DNA from: Planktothrix sp. GU0601_MAG3
Lineage (GTDB): Bacteria; Cyanobacteriota; Cyanobacteriia; Cyanobacteriales; Microcoleaceae
Direction: 5' to 3'
NCBI GenBank assembly: GCA_035193785.1
Contig: CP136572.1
Location: 608,001 to 672,000, forward strand
Length of the DNA stretch: 64,000 nt
The position numbers and the translations under genes were made by a program. Positions 34,296 through 44,929 of this stretch are shown piece after piece. Within the stretch, counting starts at the first letter, position 1. Each line of letters starts with the position of its first letter. Below the pieces are notes generated by a model. That model ran no database searches. It saw nothing but the letters and a program-made list of their open reading frames with translations, and was not told the DNA's origin.

Positions 34296-35607
34296 TTATC
34301 TTTCCATTGCTTCCACAGACTTAGGAACCCCGACACTTAAAACTTCATACCCGCCAGAAGTTACTAAGACATCATCTTCAATTCTTACCCCAATTCCCCG
34401 CCAACATTCGGGGATTTCCGGTTGTCCTTCAACGGGTTTAATATTAGGAGAAATATAGATACCCGGTTCAACTGTTAGTATCTGTCCGGGTTGCAAGGGT
34501 TGAGGATTTTCACCCCATTGATATACCCCCACATCATGCACATCTAACCCTAACCAATGTCCGGTTCGGTGCATATAAAAAGGCTTATATTTTTCTTCCT
34601 TAATAATTTCCTCAATATCTCCAACTAATAACCCTAAATCTATTAAACCTTCCACCAAAACTCGCACCGCAGTATCATGGATATTTTTATAAGGATTTCC
34701 GGGTTTAACTTGTTCAATGGTGGCTAATTGGGCTTTTAAAACCAGTTCATAAATAATCTTTTGTTCTGGTGTGAATTTACCGCTAATCGGAAAAGTTCTA
34801 GTAATATCTCCATTATAATATTGATAACAACATCCGGCATCAATTAACAGTAAATCATTATCTTGCATTTGACAATTATTTTCCACATAATGCAAAATAC
34901 AGGCATTTTTTCCCGATGCCACAATCGAAGGATAGGCAATATTTCCCCCATTTAAGCCAAAAATATGTTCAATTTCTGCTTGAATTTCATACTCATAACG
35001 TCCGGGTTGAGCAAATTCCCTCGCGTGGTTATGGGCTTTTACAGATATTTCTATAGCTTTCCGCATTAACTCTAATTCGGCTTCACTTTTAATTAAGCGG
35101 ATGGGATGTAATATATTACAAACATCCTCTATCGCAATCGGCCCCGTACCGTGTTTAGGATAAACTCTTAATAGTCTTTGCCAATGTTTTAAAATCTTTT
35201 CATTAAATTTTTCATCCCGTCCTAAGCGATAATAAATCCGGTCGGCTTTTTGTAAATATTGGGGTAATTTTTCATCTAGTTCATTAATAGGATAAACTTC
35301 ATCCGCCCCATAGAGTTTCTTTAGCTTTTTCTACTCCGGTAATATACCCTGACCAAGTTTCTTTTTCTGGGTTTTGCGGTTGGACAAATAAAACAAATTT
35401 GTGTTCTTCATGGTGAGGGGCAAAAACAGCAACTGCATTTGCTTCATTAAACCCGGTTAAATAGAAAAAATCACTATCTTGGCGAAAATTATATTCCACA
35501 TCATTGTGCATAACTGCCATCGGCGCACTTCTAAAAATGGCAGTTCCCTGCCTAATATTTGCCATTAATTGTTCCCGTCGTTGCCGATATTCTGTTTGAG
35601 TAATCAT
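34296..35607 (-). CDS. pepP: Xaa-Pro aminopeptidase; apparent +1 frameshift at 35315-35319
   Basis: FRQDSDFFYLTGF, LLIDAG, DITRTFP, HWLGLDVHD, TVEPGIY, GVRIEDD. Confidence 0.93.
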
Positions 35608-35751
35608 CCTTTATATCTCCTAAAATTGTAGTGAGGCGTGAACGCATCAGAGGCAGAAAGCCCTAAAGGGCTTACTACGGGTGATAAAAAACAAGGGTTA
35701 AGCCATGCTTTACCCTTGTTAATTTTAAGTTAATTGTGACGGAAATTGAGA

Positions 35752-37635
35752 TTAAATTGCAGCGACAAACCGTTCCTTTTCAGGAACTTCTGTGTACTCG
35801 GCTACAATTTGCCGAAATTCATCGCCGTCGATGCTTTCTTTTTCAATCAAAAGATCAACTAACCGATCAATTACGCCCCGGTTTTCCCGAATAATTTCGC
35901 AGGAACGTTGATAACAATGTTCGGCAATAATCCGAATTTGATCATCAATGCGAGAGGCAATTTGATTAGAATATTCCGTGCGAGTGGCAAAGTCCCGACC
36001 GAGGAACACTTCCTGTTGAGATTCTAAGGACAATGGCCCTAAATCCGACATTCCGTAACGAGTTACCATCTGACGCGCCATGCCCGCCACCTGTTGTAAA
36101 TCGCCCCCAGCACCCGTTGTTACTTCCGAATCGCCAAAAATGATATCTTCGGCTGCCCGACCGCCCAAGGCCCCAGTAATCCGGGCTAGGATTTGAGAAC
36201 GGGAAATCAACCCTTGATCTTCATCGGGCATAAACCAAGTTAAACCCTGGGCTTGACCCCGGGGAATTAAGGTGACTTTCTGCACCGGATCATGGTCTTT
36301 AAGCAGGGTTCCAACGATCGCATGACCGACTTCGTGGTAAGCAATCAATCGTTTGCTCTTGCCATCAATTAAAGGCGTTCCTTCCATCCCGGCAATCACC
36401 CGATCCACCGCATCATCAATTTCGATCATGGTCATGCCTTCTTTGCGACGGCGGGCGGTTAGAATTGCCGCTTCGTTCAGCAGGTTGGCCAAGTCAGCCC
36501 CGGTAAACCCAGGAGTCCGACGGGCGATCGCTTCTAAGGAAACTTCCTCGGAAATTTTCTTATTGCGGGCGTGCACTTCCAATACCGCTAAACGGCCCTT
36601 AATATCGGGGGCGTCTACGGTAATTTGACGGTCAAACCGACCCGGACGTAAGAGGGCGGAGTCGAGAACGTCAGGGCGGTTAGTAGCGGCAATAATAATA
36701 ATTCCGGTATTGCCCTCAAACCCATCCATTTCGGTTAATAATTGGTTGAGGGTTTGTTCCCGTTCGTCGTTACCACCACCAATTCCGGCTCCCCGTTGAC
36801 GACCTACGGCGTCAATTTCATCAATAAAGACGATACAAGGGGCGGTTTCCTTGGCTTTTTTGAACAGGTCACGCACCCGGGAGGCGCCGACACCGACAAA
36901 CATTTCTACAAATTCCGAACCGGAGATACTAAAAAAAGGCACTCCGGCTTCCCCGGCGATCGCTTTAGCTAATAAAGTTTTACCTGTCCCTGGAGGGCCA
37001 ACTAATAATACTCCTTTAGGAATTCTCGCACCCACGGCGGTAAACTTTTCCGGTTTTTTCAGGAAAGTAACCACTTCTTGCAATTCTTCTTTGGCTTCTT
37101 CTACCCCAGCCACATCATCAAACAGGACTCCGGTTTTGGCTTCCATTTGAAATTTAGCTTTGGACTTGCCAAAGTTCATGGCTTGACCGGGGCCACCGGG
37201 AACATTATTCGACCGACGGAATAGAAAAAATAGACCAGCAATTAATAAAATCGGGAAGATCAGATTTCCCAATAGTCCCCAGAGAGCGCCATCATTCCGA
37301 GGGGGGTGGGTATCAAAACTAATTTGGGACTCTCGTAGGCGGGCAATCAATTCTGGGGCGTTATTGGGTAAGTCCACCCGCAGTTTTTGCACCCGGTTAT
37401 CGAGTTGGGGATCAATGGCATCGACAATGGCCGTGCGTCCGCCATCATAGAGTTCTACACTGGTCACGCGACCCGCATTCAGATAGTCTAAAAAACGACC
37501 ATAGCTCATGCGAGTGCTGGCGGTGTTTTTACCGAATTCTGCGGGGGCCGTGGCAAAAGCTCCCTGCCAGACAAAAAACCCGATGACTAAGGCGGGTAAA
37601 GTCCAAAGCAGTATGGTTTTCCAGGATGTTTTCAT
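35752..37635 (-). CDS. ftsH: ATP-dependent zinc metalloprotease FtsH (FtsH2-type)
   Basis: [33 protein letters not shown] lumenal segment. Confidence 0.97.
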   Translation of the reverse strand: MKTSWKTILLWTLPALVIGFFVWQGAFATAPAEFGKNTASTRMSYGRFLDYLNAGRVTSVELYDGGRTAIVDAIDPQLDNRVQKLRVDLPNNAPELIARLRESQISFDTHPPRNDGALWGLLGNLIFPILLIAGLFFLFRRSNNVPGGPGQAMNFGKSKAKFQMEAKTGVLFDDVAGVEEAKEELQEVVTFLKKPEKFTAVGARIPKGVLLVGPPGTGKTLLAKAIAGEAGVPFFSISGSEFVEMFVGVGASRVRDLFKKAKETAPCIVFIDEIDAVGRQRGAGIGGGNDEREQTLNQLLTEMDGFEGNTGIIIIAATNRPDVLDSALLRPGRFDRQITVDAPDIKGRLAVLEVHARNKKISEEVSLEAIARRTPGFTGADLANLLNEAAILTARRRKEGMTMIEIDDAVDRVIAGMEGTPLIDGKSKRLIAYHEVGHAIVGTLLKDHDPVQKVTLIPRGQAQGLTWFMPDEDQGLISRSQILARITGALGGRAAEDIIFGDSEVTTGAGGDLQQVAGMARQMVTRYGMSDLGPLSLESQQEVFLGRDFATRTEYSNQIASRIDDQIRIIAEHCYQRSCEIIRENRGVIDRLVDLLIEKESIDGDEFRQIVAEYTEVPEKERFVAAI

Positions 37636-37694
37636 AAATTGTATTGCCCGAGGTTATCGAATATGGAATCTGTGATCGCGTTTTGTTATTCATA

Positions 37695-37712
37695 ATCTTA
37701 ACTAAATTTAAC
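37695..37712 (-). promoter_or_regulatory. Possible HLR1 (RpaB) direct repeat upstream of ftsH
   Basis: Minus strand GTTAAATT-TA-GTTAAGAT, imperfect match to (G/T)TTACA(A/T)(A/T)-N2 repeat. Confidence 0.3.
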
Positions 37713-38067
37713 GTAATATTTCAGCATCAGGCAACTGACTTCCCTAAAATTGTGGTAATAGCTAGGGAGGCCATGGAAGGGAACAATGGTGCATCATGGC
37801 TTTCCATCAGACTTCCGGTAAGACCTCAATTTGATCAGAAGACTCAAAAGTCGTTATTTTCGGTGATTAACGTGGTTTTAAATTGAGTACAACCCAATAG
37901 CTATAATGATTACAGGGTTTACCGGGCTCAGTTGCTTCTGTGGTTCTCTCCTGAAAGAACTCAAAATCCCAGATTTTACTGGTTGTTGTCGGTTTTTTGA
38001 AAGTAGGTAAAATTGGCAACAGATAAGGCATTATATATTTTGAATCTCCGTGAGGTAACATATTCCG

Positions 38068-39177
38068 ATGCAAGGTGGTAACAAACAGCCCGGACAACCA
38101 GCAGCCGCAGCCGCGGCTGCTTCAATGCTGAGTCGGCAAACGCCGACGGCAGGCAAAAAAACGATTTTAAGTATTGATTTAGGACGGACATCGACAAAGG
38201 CCTCCATCAGTCGGAACCCGAATGAAGTCGTTTTTATTCCCTCTAATATCAAAGCACTGACGGTGGATACCGCTAGAGGCGGTGGCTTTGAGTCCAAAAA
38301 TACCGATCCCCTTCTGGATATTTGGGTGGAATATCAGGGAACAGGTTATGCCGTTGGTCAACTCGCGGCTGACTTTGGCGCCAGTTTGTTCAAAGATGGT
38401 TCCGATTCTCCTTCCAAAGTTGATGATGCTTTAATTAAACTTTTTGCTTGTGTCGGCTACTTCAAGTTACAAGGCGATATTGATGTTGTTCTAGGACTGC
38501 CTTTCTATTCTCAATCACAATTTGAGCAGGAGAAGGAACATATCACTCGGTTACTCAGTGGAACCCACGAGATGCTCTATCGGGGCGAAAAGATCGCCGT
38601 TAATGTGACTACGGTTCGGATCATGCCCGAGGGCTATGGCAGCTTGATTTGGCTGGAAGCTCAAGGCGGCACAGCAGTTCCCAATTTTGCCGATCTCTCC
38701 GTTGCAATTGTGGATGTTGGCCATCAAACTACCGATTTCTTAACGGTTGATCGCTTCCGATTTGCCAGGGGGGTTTCTCAAAGTGACACCTTTGCTATGG
38801 GTAAATTCTACGAAGAAGTGGCGAGTAAAATTGAAGGGGCTGATAGTCAGTCTCTCTATTTACTGGAAGCGGTTCATAAACCCGCCGGAGAACGGTTATA
38901 TCGTCCCCGGGGAGCCGTTAAACCTTTTAACTTAGATGACATTATCCCCGATTTACGGAAAAATTTTGCCCGGGATTTATCCGATCGCGTTGTTAAATGG
39001 TTACCCGAACGGGTGACGGATGTGGTCGTGACCGGGGGCGGTGGCGAATTTTTCTGGGAAGATCTACAACCCCTGCTCAAAAACGCAGGTCTGAGAGCCC
39101 ATTTAGTTCAACCTTCGCGTAAAGCTAATGCTTTAGGACAGTATGTCTATGGTGAAGCTCAGTTAGCCCGACGTTAA
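38068..39177 (+). CDS. ParM/StbA-family actin-like ATPase (chromosomal; CorM-type)
   Basis: Phosphate-1 SIDLGRTSTK, VVLGLP, IMPEG, phosphate-2 VDVGHQTTD, adenosine VTGGGG, ANALG. Confidence 0.9.
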   Translation: MQGGNKQPGQPAAAAAAASMLSRQTPTAGKKTILSIDLGRTSTKASISRNPNEVVFIPSNIKALTVDTARGGGFESKNTDPLLDIWVEYQGTGYAVGQLAADFGASLFKDGSDSPSKVDDALIKLFACVGYFKLQGDIDVVLGLPFYSQSQFEQEKEHITRLLSGTHEMLYRGEKIAVNVTTVRIMPEGYGSLIWLEAQGGTAVPNFADLSVAIVDVGHQTTDFLTVDRFRFARGVSQSDTFAMGKFYEEVASKIEGADSQSLYLLEAVHKPAGERLYRPRGAVKPFNLDDIIPDLRKNFARDLSDRVVKWLPERVTDVVVTGGGGEFFWEDLQPLLKNAGLRAHLVQPSRKANALGQYVYGEAQLARR

Positions 39178-39359
39178 TTTTGTGAGTTCAACCCGTCCTG
39201 AACTCAGTTCCACTGGGCAAGGGCGGGTTTAATTTTGGTTCGAGAGTATCCCGATTCTGATAGACTAAAAAACAGTGGATCTGGTTAATTATTATTTGAA
39301 TCAAAATTTTCCAGACTCCAAAATCAATAATGGGATAACAGTAGGTCTGGACTTATATT

Positions 39360-39932
39360 ATGCTGTGGGCAAATCGCAAACAAACTCAGTCGGTGACATT
39401 CACGGAAGATGCCGCAGATCAGACATTATTAGATGCTATTGAAAAGGAATTATCCCAGGCAAAGTATCAAACCTTTAGCAATCTTTGTAAACAAGCTCTG
39501 TGGCAATTTCTATTATTATCTAAATCCGAACCCACACCTCCGCCACCTGAGACTCCTAACCCAAATTCACCTCCCGTTTTACCTGTTTTACCGAATTTAC
39601 AGCCCCTGGAAGAACGGTTATCTGAAATTCACAATAAACTAACGGATTTAGAGAAAAAAGTCATAGCTGATGATGGTACTAAAACTGAACGATGGGAAAC
39701 GCAATTCCATCAGTTAACTCAACAAGTGACTCAATTACAAACATCAATTAACCAAAAATTAGCTCAAATTGCGATCGGTTTAGAAACGGTTCAATCCCAA
39801 CCTGTGATCGTTATGGAGTCAAAATCTCCCCAACCAGAACCAGAACCAGAAACCGTCTCTCCCTCTCAAGAAGCAATGGCGGAAGCCGATCCTTTACTGA
39901 AACGTTTAGGTTCTTTATTAGATGATTTTTAA
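39360..39932 (+). CDS. ParR-like partner: RHH-like N-terminus, coiled coil, C-terminal amphipathic helix (CorR-type)
   Basis: SVTF...DQTLLDAIEKEL...FSNLCKQALWQFL; heptad region; ends DPLLKRLGSLLDDF; directly downstream of the ParM-like gene. Confidence 0.7.
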   Translation: MLWANRKQTQSVTFTEDAADQTLLDAIEKELSQAKYQTFSNLCKQALWQFLLLSKSEPTPPPPETPNPNSPPVLPVLPNLQPLEERLSEIHNKLTDLEKKVIADDGTKTERWETQFHQLTQQVTQLQTSINQKLAQIAIGLETVQSQPVIVMESKSPQPEPEPETVSPSQEAMAEADPLLKRLGSLLDDF

Positions 39933-39949
39933 GGGAATTACGAATTACG

Positions 39950-40029
39950 AATGGGTAATGGGGAATGGGTAATGGGTAATGGGTAATGGGTAATGGGTAA
40001 TGGGTAATGGGTAATGGGTAATGGGTAAT
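39950..40029 (+). repeat. Heptamer tandem array (GGGTAAT)n, about 11 copies
   Basis: Direct reading; preceded by GAATTAC repeats at 39935-39948. Confidence 0.95.
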
Positions 40030-40056
40030 AGAAAAAAAGAATCTACTGTTTGTTAT

Positions 40057-40800
40057 TTATAATTCCTCACTTTTTAGGAGGATAAACTCTCCTAATGTTT
40101 GACGTTGAGCCTGTAATAATTCTTTAATTCCTAGTTCGGCAAAATCCAAAATTTTATTTAATTTCTCCCGGCTAAAACTACCGGATTCTGCGGTTCCTTG
40201 GATTTCAATAATTTCTAATTCTTCAGTCATCACCAAATTAAAATCAATATCGGCGGCGACATCTTCGGGATAATTCAAATCTAAATAGGGTTCTCCTGCT
40301 AATAATCCCACAGAAATTGCTGCAATTTGATGACAGATGGGTAATTGTTGGAGTTGTCCTTTTTCCACTAAGGAATTTAAGGCATCAACTAATGCCACAA
40401 ACCCCCCGGTAATGGCCGTGGTTCGTGTTCCAGCATCCGCTTGAATTACATCCGCATCAACGGTAATTGTAAATTCTCCTAATGCTTTTAAATCCACTGC
40501 GGCTCTTAAACTCCGTCCAATTAATCGTTGGATTTCTTGGGTGCGTCCCGATAATTTGAACGACTCCCTCGGTTGACGTTGGGGTGTGGCCCCGGGTAAC
40601 ATTCGATATTCTGCGGTTAACCATCCCTGTCCTGTATTCTGTAAAAATTTGGGCACTCCTGGCTCAATATTAACCGTACATAAAACCCGTGTATCTCCAC
40701 TTTTTGCCAACACAGAACCAGGGGAAAAACGGGTAAAATTCCGTTCAAAACTTACGGGACGAAGTTGATTTGGTTCTCGATGATCAGGACGTTTCCACAT
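40057..40800 (-). CDS. rph: Ribonuclease PH
   Basis: [46 protein letters not shown] at 40800 is more likely than the track start. Confidence 0.95.
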   Translation of the reverse strand: MWKRPDHREPNQLRPVSFERNFTRFSPGSVLAKSGDTRVLCTVNIEPGVPKFLQNTGQGWLTAEYRMLPGATPQRQPRESFKLSGRTQEIQRLIGRSLRAAVDLKALGEFTITVDADVIQADAGTRTTAITGGFVALVDALNSLVEKGQLQQLPICHQIAAISVGLLAGEPYLDLNYPEDVAADIDFNLVMTEELEIIEIQGTAESGSFSREKLNKILDFAELGIKELLQAQRQTLGEFILLKSEEL

Positions 40801-40846
40801 AATTAATTCAAAGTAATTGTAGTAAGCCCGACTGGGCTTTATCCAT

Positions 40847-41402
40847 CTATTCTGACTTGAGACGTTGACAAATTTCTTGATAAATTTGTTCTGGAGATTG
40901 CTCCCCATTAATATCTAACAGACGATTGGTGAGTTGATAATACTCTAAAATTGGAACCGTGCGTTGATAAAATAACTCAATGCGACGTTCAATAATTTGG
41001 GGTTGGTCATCGGCTCGCGATCGCCCTAATGAACGCCTTTTTAACACTAATTCTGGCACATTAAAATAAATAGCCCAATTTAATTTTTGTTCTAAATCTT
41101 CTAATAAAAAATCCAGTTTCTTCCGCCTGAAATGCGGTGCGGGGATAACCGTCTAAAAGCCAACCTTGACCCACATTTGGATCAAGCAATTGTTGACGGA
41201 CAAATTGAATCATAATTTCGTCTGGGACTAACTCCCCTTGTTCTACATAGGGTTTAGCTTGTTGACCCAATTCCGTATCAGAAATGATCCTTTGTCTCAA
41301 AATCTGACCCATATCCAAGCAAGGAATACCCAAATCACTGCATAACAGTTTGGCTTGAGTGCCCTTTCCGGCTCCTGGGCCACCTAGAATCACCAGTCTC
41401 AC
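40847..41402 (-). CDS. adk: Adenylate kinase family protein; apparent +1 frameshift at 41116-41120
   Basis: [23 protein letters not shown], restored QAEELDFLL, RADD. Confidence 0.85.
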
Positions 41403-41453
41403 AATATTTAGCTCCCCCGATGTTCAAGTTTGACCATTGTTTAAATTCTTGAT

Positions 41454-42020
41454 TTAGTTTCCACCTTTAACCATGCCCAAAACCGATGTCGGATTTAACA
41501 AAAATGATGCACCTTTTTGAGTAATTTCTTCAGAAAGATGAATTTGTTTTAAGGTAACTAAGCCATCATTAATATATAAATCTCTGACCATTGCCTTTTC
41601 TCCAGAATTGAAAACTGTTTCATAAAACACTTCCTTAATTCCCGTGGAAATAATTAATTTTAAACAGGAAATACAAGGTTCCAAGGTAACATAAATACTT
41701 CCCCCCTTACAACAAATTCCGTGTTTTGCCGCCTGTGCGATCGCATTGGCTTCTGCGTGCACCGCCCGGGAGGGTAACACCGAACTTGCATCACAGGTGC
41801 TTAACCCTGGATAACAATAACCCTGGGTAGTACAATGAATTGAACCCGAGGGCGACCCATTATAACCTGTAGCCAGTATTTGTCGGTCTTTAACAATAAC
41901 TGCACCCACGGGAAATACTAAACAGGTGGAGCGCGTTGCTACCAGTTTAGCCATCATCATAAAATACTCATCCCAAGTCGGTCGCAGGGGCGGTTGATAG
42001 TTTTCTGGTAAGTCTTCCAT
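41454..42020 (-). CDS. dCMP deaminase family protein
   Basis: RPTWDEYFM, ATGYNG, HAEANAI, PCISC. Confidence 0.9.
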   Translation of the reverse strand: MEDLPENYQPPLRPTWDEYFMMMAKLVATRSTCLVFPVGAVIVKDRQILATGYNGSPSGSIHCTTQGYCYPGLSTCDASSVLPSRAVHAEANAIAQAAKHGICCKGGSIYVTLEPCISCLKLIISTGIKEVFYETVFNSGEKAMVRDLYINDGLVTLKQIHLSEEITQKGASFLLNPTSVLGMVKGGN

Positions 42021-42039
42021 GCTAATAAAATCGTGAAAA

Positions 42040-42486
42040 TTAGTGGGGTTTGGTGGAGATTAATCCCGTAGACCCAAATCCATTATCGCCTCTTTTTGTA
42101 TCACTTAACTGTTGAACTTCTTCAATCTCTACCCGCAAAACCGGGGCGATCACCATTTGAGCAATTTTCATGCCTTTTGTAATATTAAAGGATGTTTTGC
42201 CATGGTTAATCAAAATCACTCCGATTTCTCCCCGATATCCGGTGTCAATGGTTCCAGGAGCATTCAAAACGGTGATTTGATGTTTTAAGGCTAAACCACT
42301 TCTGGGTCGAATTTGGGCTTCTGTTCCTGGGGGTAATTCTATGGCAATTCCGGTGGGAATTAATTGACTTTCTCCGGGAGAAATTGCGGTATTGGCGATC
42401 GCAAATAAATCTAATCCCGCATCTCCAATATGAGCATATTGAGGTAAAATCGCGGCTTCATTCAGTTTTAAAATGTTTAATTTCAT
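42040..42486 (-). CDS. dut: dUTP diphosphatase
   Basis: [38 protein letters not shown]. Confidence 0.96.
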   Translation of the reverse strand: MKLNILKLNEAAILPQYAHIGDAGLDLFAIANTAISPGESQLIPTGIAIELPPGTEAQIRPRSGLALKHQITVLNAPGTIDTGYRGEIGVILINHGKTSFNITKGMKIAQMVIAPVLRVEIEEVQQLSDTKRGDNGFGSTGLISTKPH

Positions 42487-42496
42487 ATTAGGAAAC

Positions 42497-42561
42497 AGGG
42501 ATCACGGATTTAAGAGGATTTCACGGATTTCACGGATTTTAATATTTGTTAATCTGCGTCA
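42497..42561. repeat. 65-bp dispersed repeat (second copy at 14093-14157)
   Basis: AGGGATCACGGATTTAAGAGGATTTCACGGATTTC...GTTAATCTGCGTCA; 3 mismatches between the copies. Confidence 0.9.
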
Positions 42562-42580
42562 TCCGCTTAAATCTGTGATA

Positions 42581-42734
42581 GGTAATGGGTAATGGGTAAT
42601 GGGTAATGGGTAATGGGTAATGGGTAATGGGTAATGGGTAATGGGTAATGGGTAATGGGTAATGGGTAATGGATAATGGGTAATGGGTAATGGGTAATGG
42701 GTAATGGACTGATGACTGATGACTGATGACTGAT
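42581..42734 (+). repeat. Heptamer arrays (GGTAATG)x18 followed by (GACTGAT)x4
   Basis: Direct reading: 42581-42706 and 42707-42734; one variant unit. Confidence 0.95.
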
Positions 42735-44115
42735 TTATGGTGCTAGTCGAGCTTTTCCGAGTCGGGTTTGTTCGTACCATTTAGCAATTTCTGGAACCCA
42801 TTCTTGAGTATGGGGCCAAATTAAATCACAGAGTTTTTGAATTTCTAACTGGGCATCTTTTTTAAAGCGTAAATCCAGAAAATGTAATAGGGCTCTCAAG
42901 GTAAAACTGACTACAAAATGTTGACGATAATCAAAGGGAACTTTTCCCCGGGCGTGTTCTTCAGACATTCCATTATCAATATCAATTTTATAGCGTTTTG
43001 CCGCTTCTAAACACCAGTTTAAATCCTGTTGACGTTGTTCAGGAGAATAATAATATTTTTTGCCTTGGCGATCGCTATAATTTCCGACGGGTCTTAAATA
43101 AAACGCATCTTCAATATCCCTTTTTCCTTCGGCTACTTCTAATACTTTCCCTGAAGTATAACGGTAAGAGTTATGTACAACCACACCATTAGCAACAAAG
43201 TTATGGTGAGGATCAGCCATGACTAAATCATAAGTTGGCTCTATTCCCATATATTCAATTGAAACAATTTTAACGGGATGAGCGCATAACGGATTTTTCT
43301 GATCCTGTTTATGATGTCTGGTATGACAAGGCGAACACAGAAACTTCTAAGTTAGTTTGATCAAAAGCTAGTTCTGGATGCTGGGAAACTTCTAAAATAT
43401 GATCTGCATTTTCTAATGGTTGACCATTAACAAGCACCTCAGAGCCTACCCCAAGTTGAGCTAAAATCCGCCAACCATAAGGGGTTAAGATTTTATGGTT
43501 TTGAGTACATTTCAACTGTTTGCCATCGGCAAGGGTGACTTGATAAATGGGATTAAACCCATTAAAAACGATATCCTCAATATGATTATAAGTAAAGGTA
43601 TTATTCTCCTCATTTAAGCTACGAACCCGCATTTTTTTAATCCGGTTTTTACAATCCCGTCGATAGAAACCTGGGGGTTCATCATTTCTACCCTTGATCT
43701 TACGTTCTCGAATTGCTTGCTCTCCATGATGCCAGAGATCATAAAGTTCACCAATCGTTTTTTTTAATTTTTTAGAACTTTCACCGTTAATATTGACAAA
43801 AGTAATAACAACATCTGATGCCAGACACTGAACATCAAAACTAATGCCGACCCTGTGAGTTCTAGCTTGTTGCATAACACTATGGGGAAAATAACCGCAA
43901 CCCAAGACAATTTGACAGTGTTCTAAGGGCCCGTAATGTCCCCTTTCTCCCGCCAATAAACGCTTAACAATCACTTCCCCAGATTTTTCTTCCGACGGCC
44001 AAGATTCCCGTTCCTCTGGCACAAAAATATCCGTATAATCTTGGTGCATTGCCGCATAAATAACTTGCTGAGGACAGGGAGTTTTAGAAATAACTTCTAC
44101 ACGAAATCGATCCAT
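42735..44115 (-). CDS. thyX: FAD-dependent thymidylate synthase containing an intein; apparent +1 frameshift at 43340-43344
   Basis: GHYGPLEH, QARTHRVGISFDVQ|intein|SYRYT, EEHAR, LHFLDLR...AQLEI. Confidence 0.93.
43170..43827 (-). mobile_element. Intein (about 219 aa) in ThyX with partial HNH endonuclease motif
   Basis: Begins CLASD (43827); block B LKCTQNHKILT; ends NFVANGVVVHN (43170) followed by Ser; restored DHI...HPELAFDQTNLEVLCSPCHTRHH. Confidence 0.92.
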
Positions 44116-44234
44116 TTTTGACTACAGCCAACTCAATTAAAAGTTTTAATATGTTTTTATCCTCTAACATTAAATCACTAAACGGATCAATTTGATATAT
44201 TTTATTTTAAGATTAATAACAGAATTCTTAAATT

Positions 44235-44808
44235 ATGCTTTCAGACAAATTTACCGCCGCCTTAGTTTACGCTACCGAACTCCACGCCAACCAAATTCGT
44301 AAGGGTTTCGGGAGTTCCCTATATTGCCCATCTGTTGGGAGTTGCCAGTATTGCCTTAGAATATGGGGCGAATGAGGATGAGGCGATCGCAGCCCTTTTA
44401 CACGATGCCATCGAAGATCAAGGAGGTGCTACCATTCGAGTAGAAATTCAACACCGATTTGGGGAAACCGTCGCTGCAATTGTTGAGGGTTGCACCGATA
44501 CCGATAGGACTCCCAAACCCCATTGGAAACAAAGAAAGGAAGATTATATCGCCCATATTCCCCTGGCTTCCCCCTCCGTGCGACGGGTTTCGGCGGCCGA
44601 TAAACTCTACAATGCCCAATCAATTGTAAAAGATTATCGTCAAGTCGGGGAAGATTTATGGGAGAGATTTACGGGTAGAAAAGAAGGAACCCTGTGGTAC
44701 TATCGATCCTTAGTCAATGCTTTCCGTCAAGTTGATTCCACTCCTTTAGTTGAAGAATTAGATAGGATCGTTTCCGAAATTGAACAGTTAGTAAAACAAA
44801 ATCCTTAA
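44235..44808 (+). CDS. HD-domain protein, Mesh1/small alarmone (p)ppGpp hydrolase-like; apparent +1 frameshift at 44305-44309
   Basis: Restored HANQIRKGSGVPYIAHL, AALLHDAIED, ADKLYN. Confidence 0.85.
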
Positions 44809-44929
44809 CTTCTCAAAAATTAGGTTTTTCAGTTTCCCTATTACTCCAATCATTTATCAGTCCATTGGTAATTCGTAATTCGTAATTCGTAATTACCCTA
44901 AAAAACCATTCTATTTTAATGAATCTCTA

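Noticed and set aside
42559..42780. 73-aa ORF with (ITHYPLP)n
   Set aside because: Simply the translation of the heptamer array; no evidence of coding
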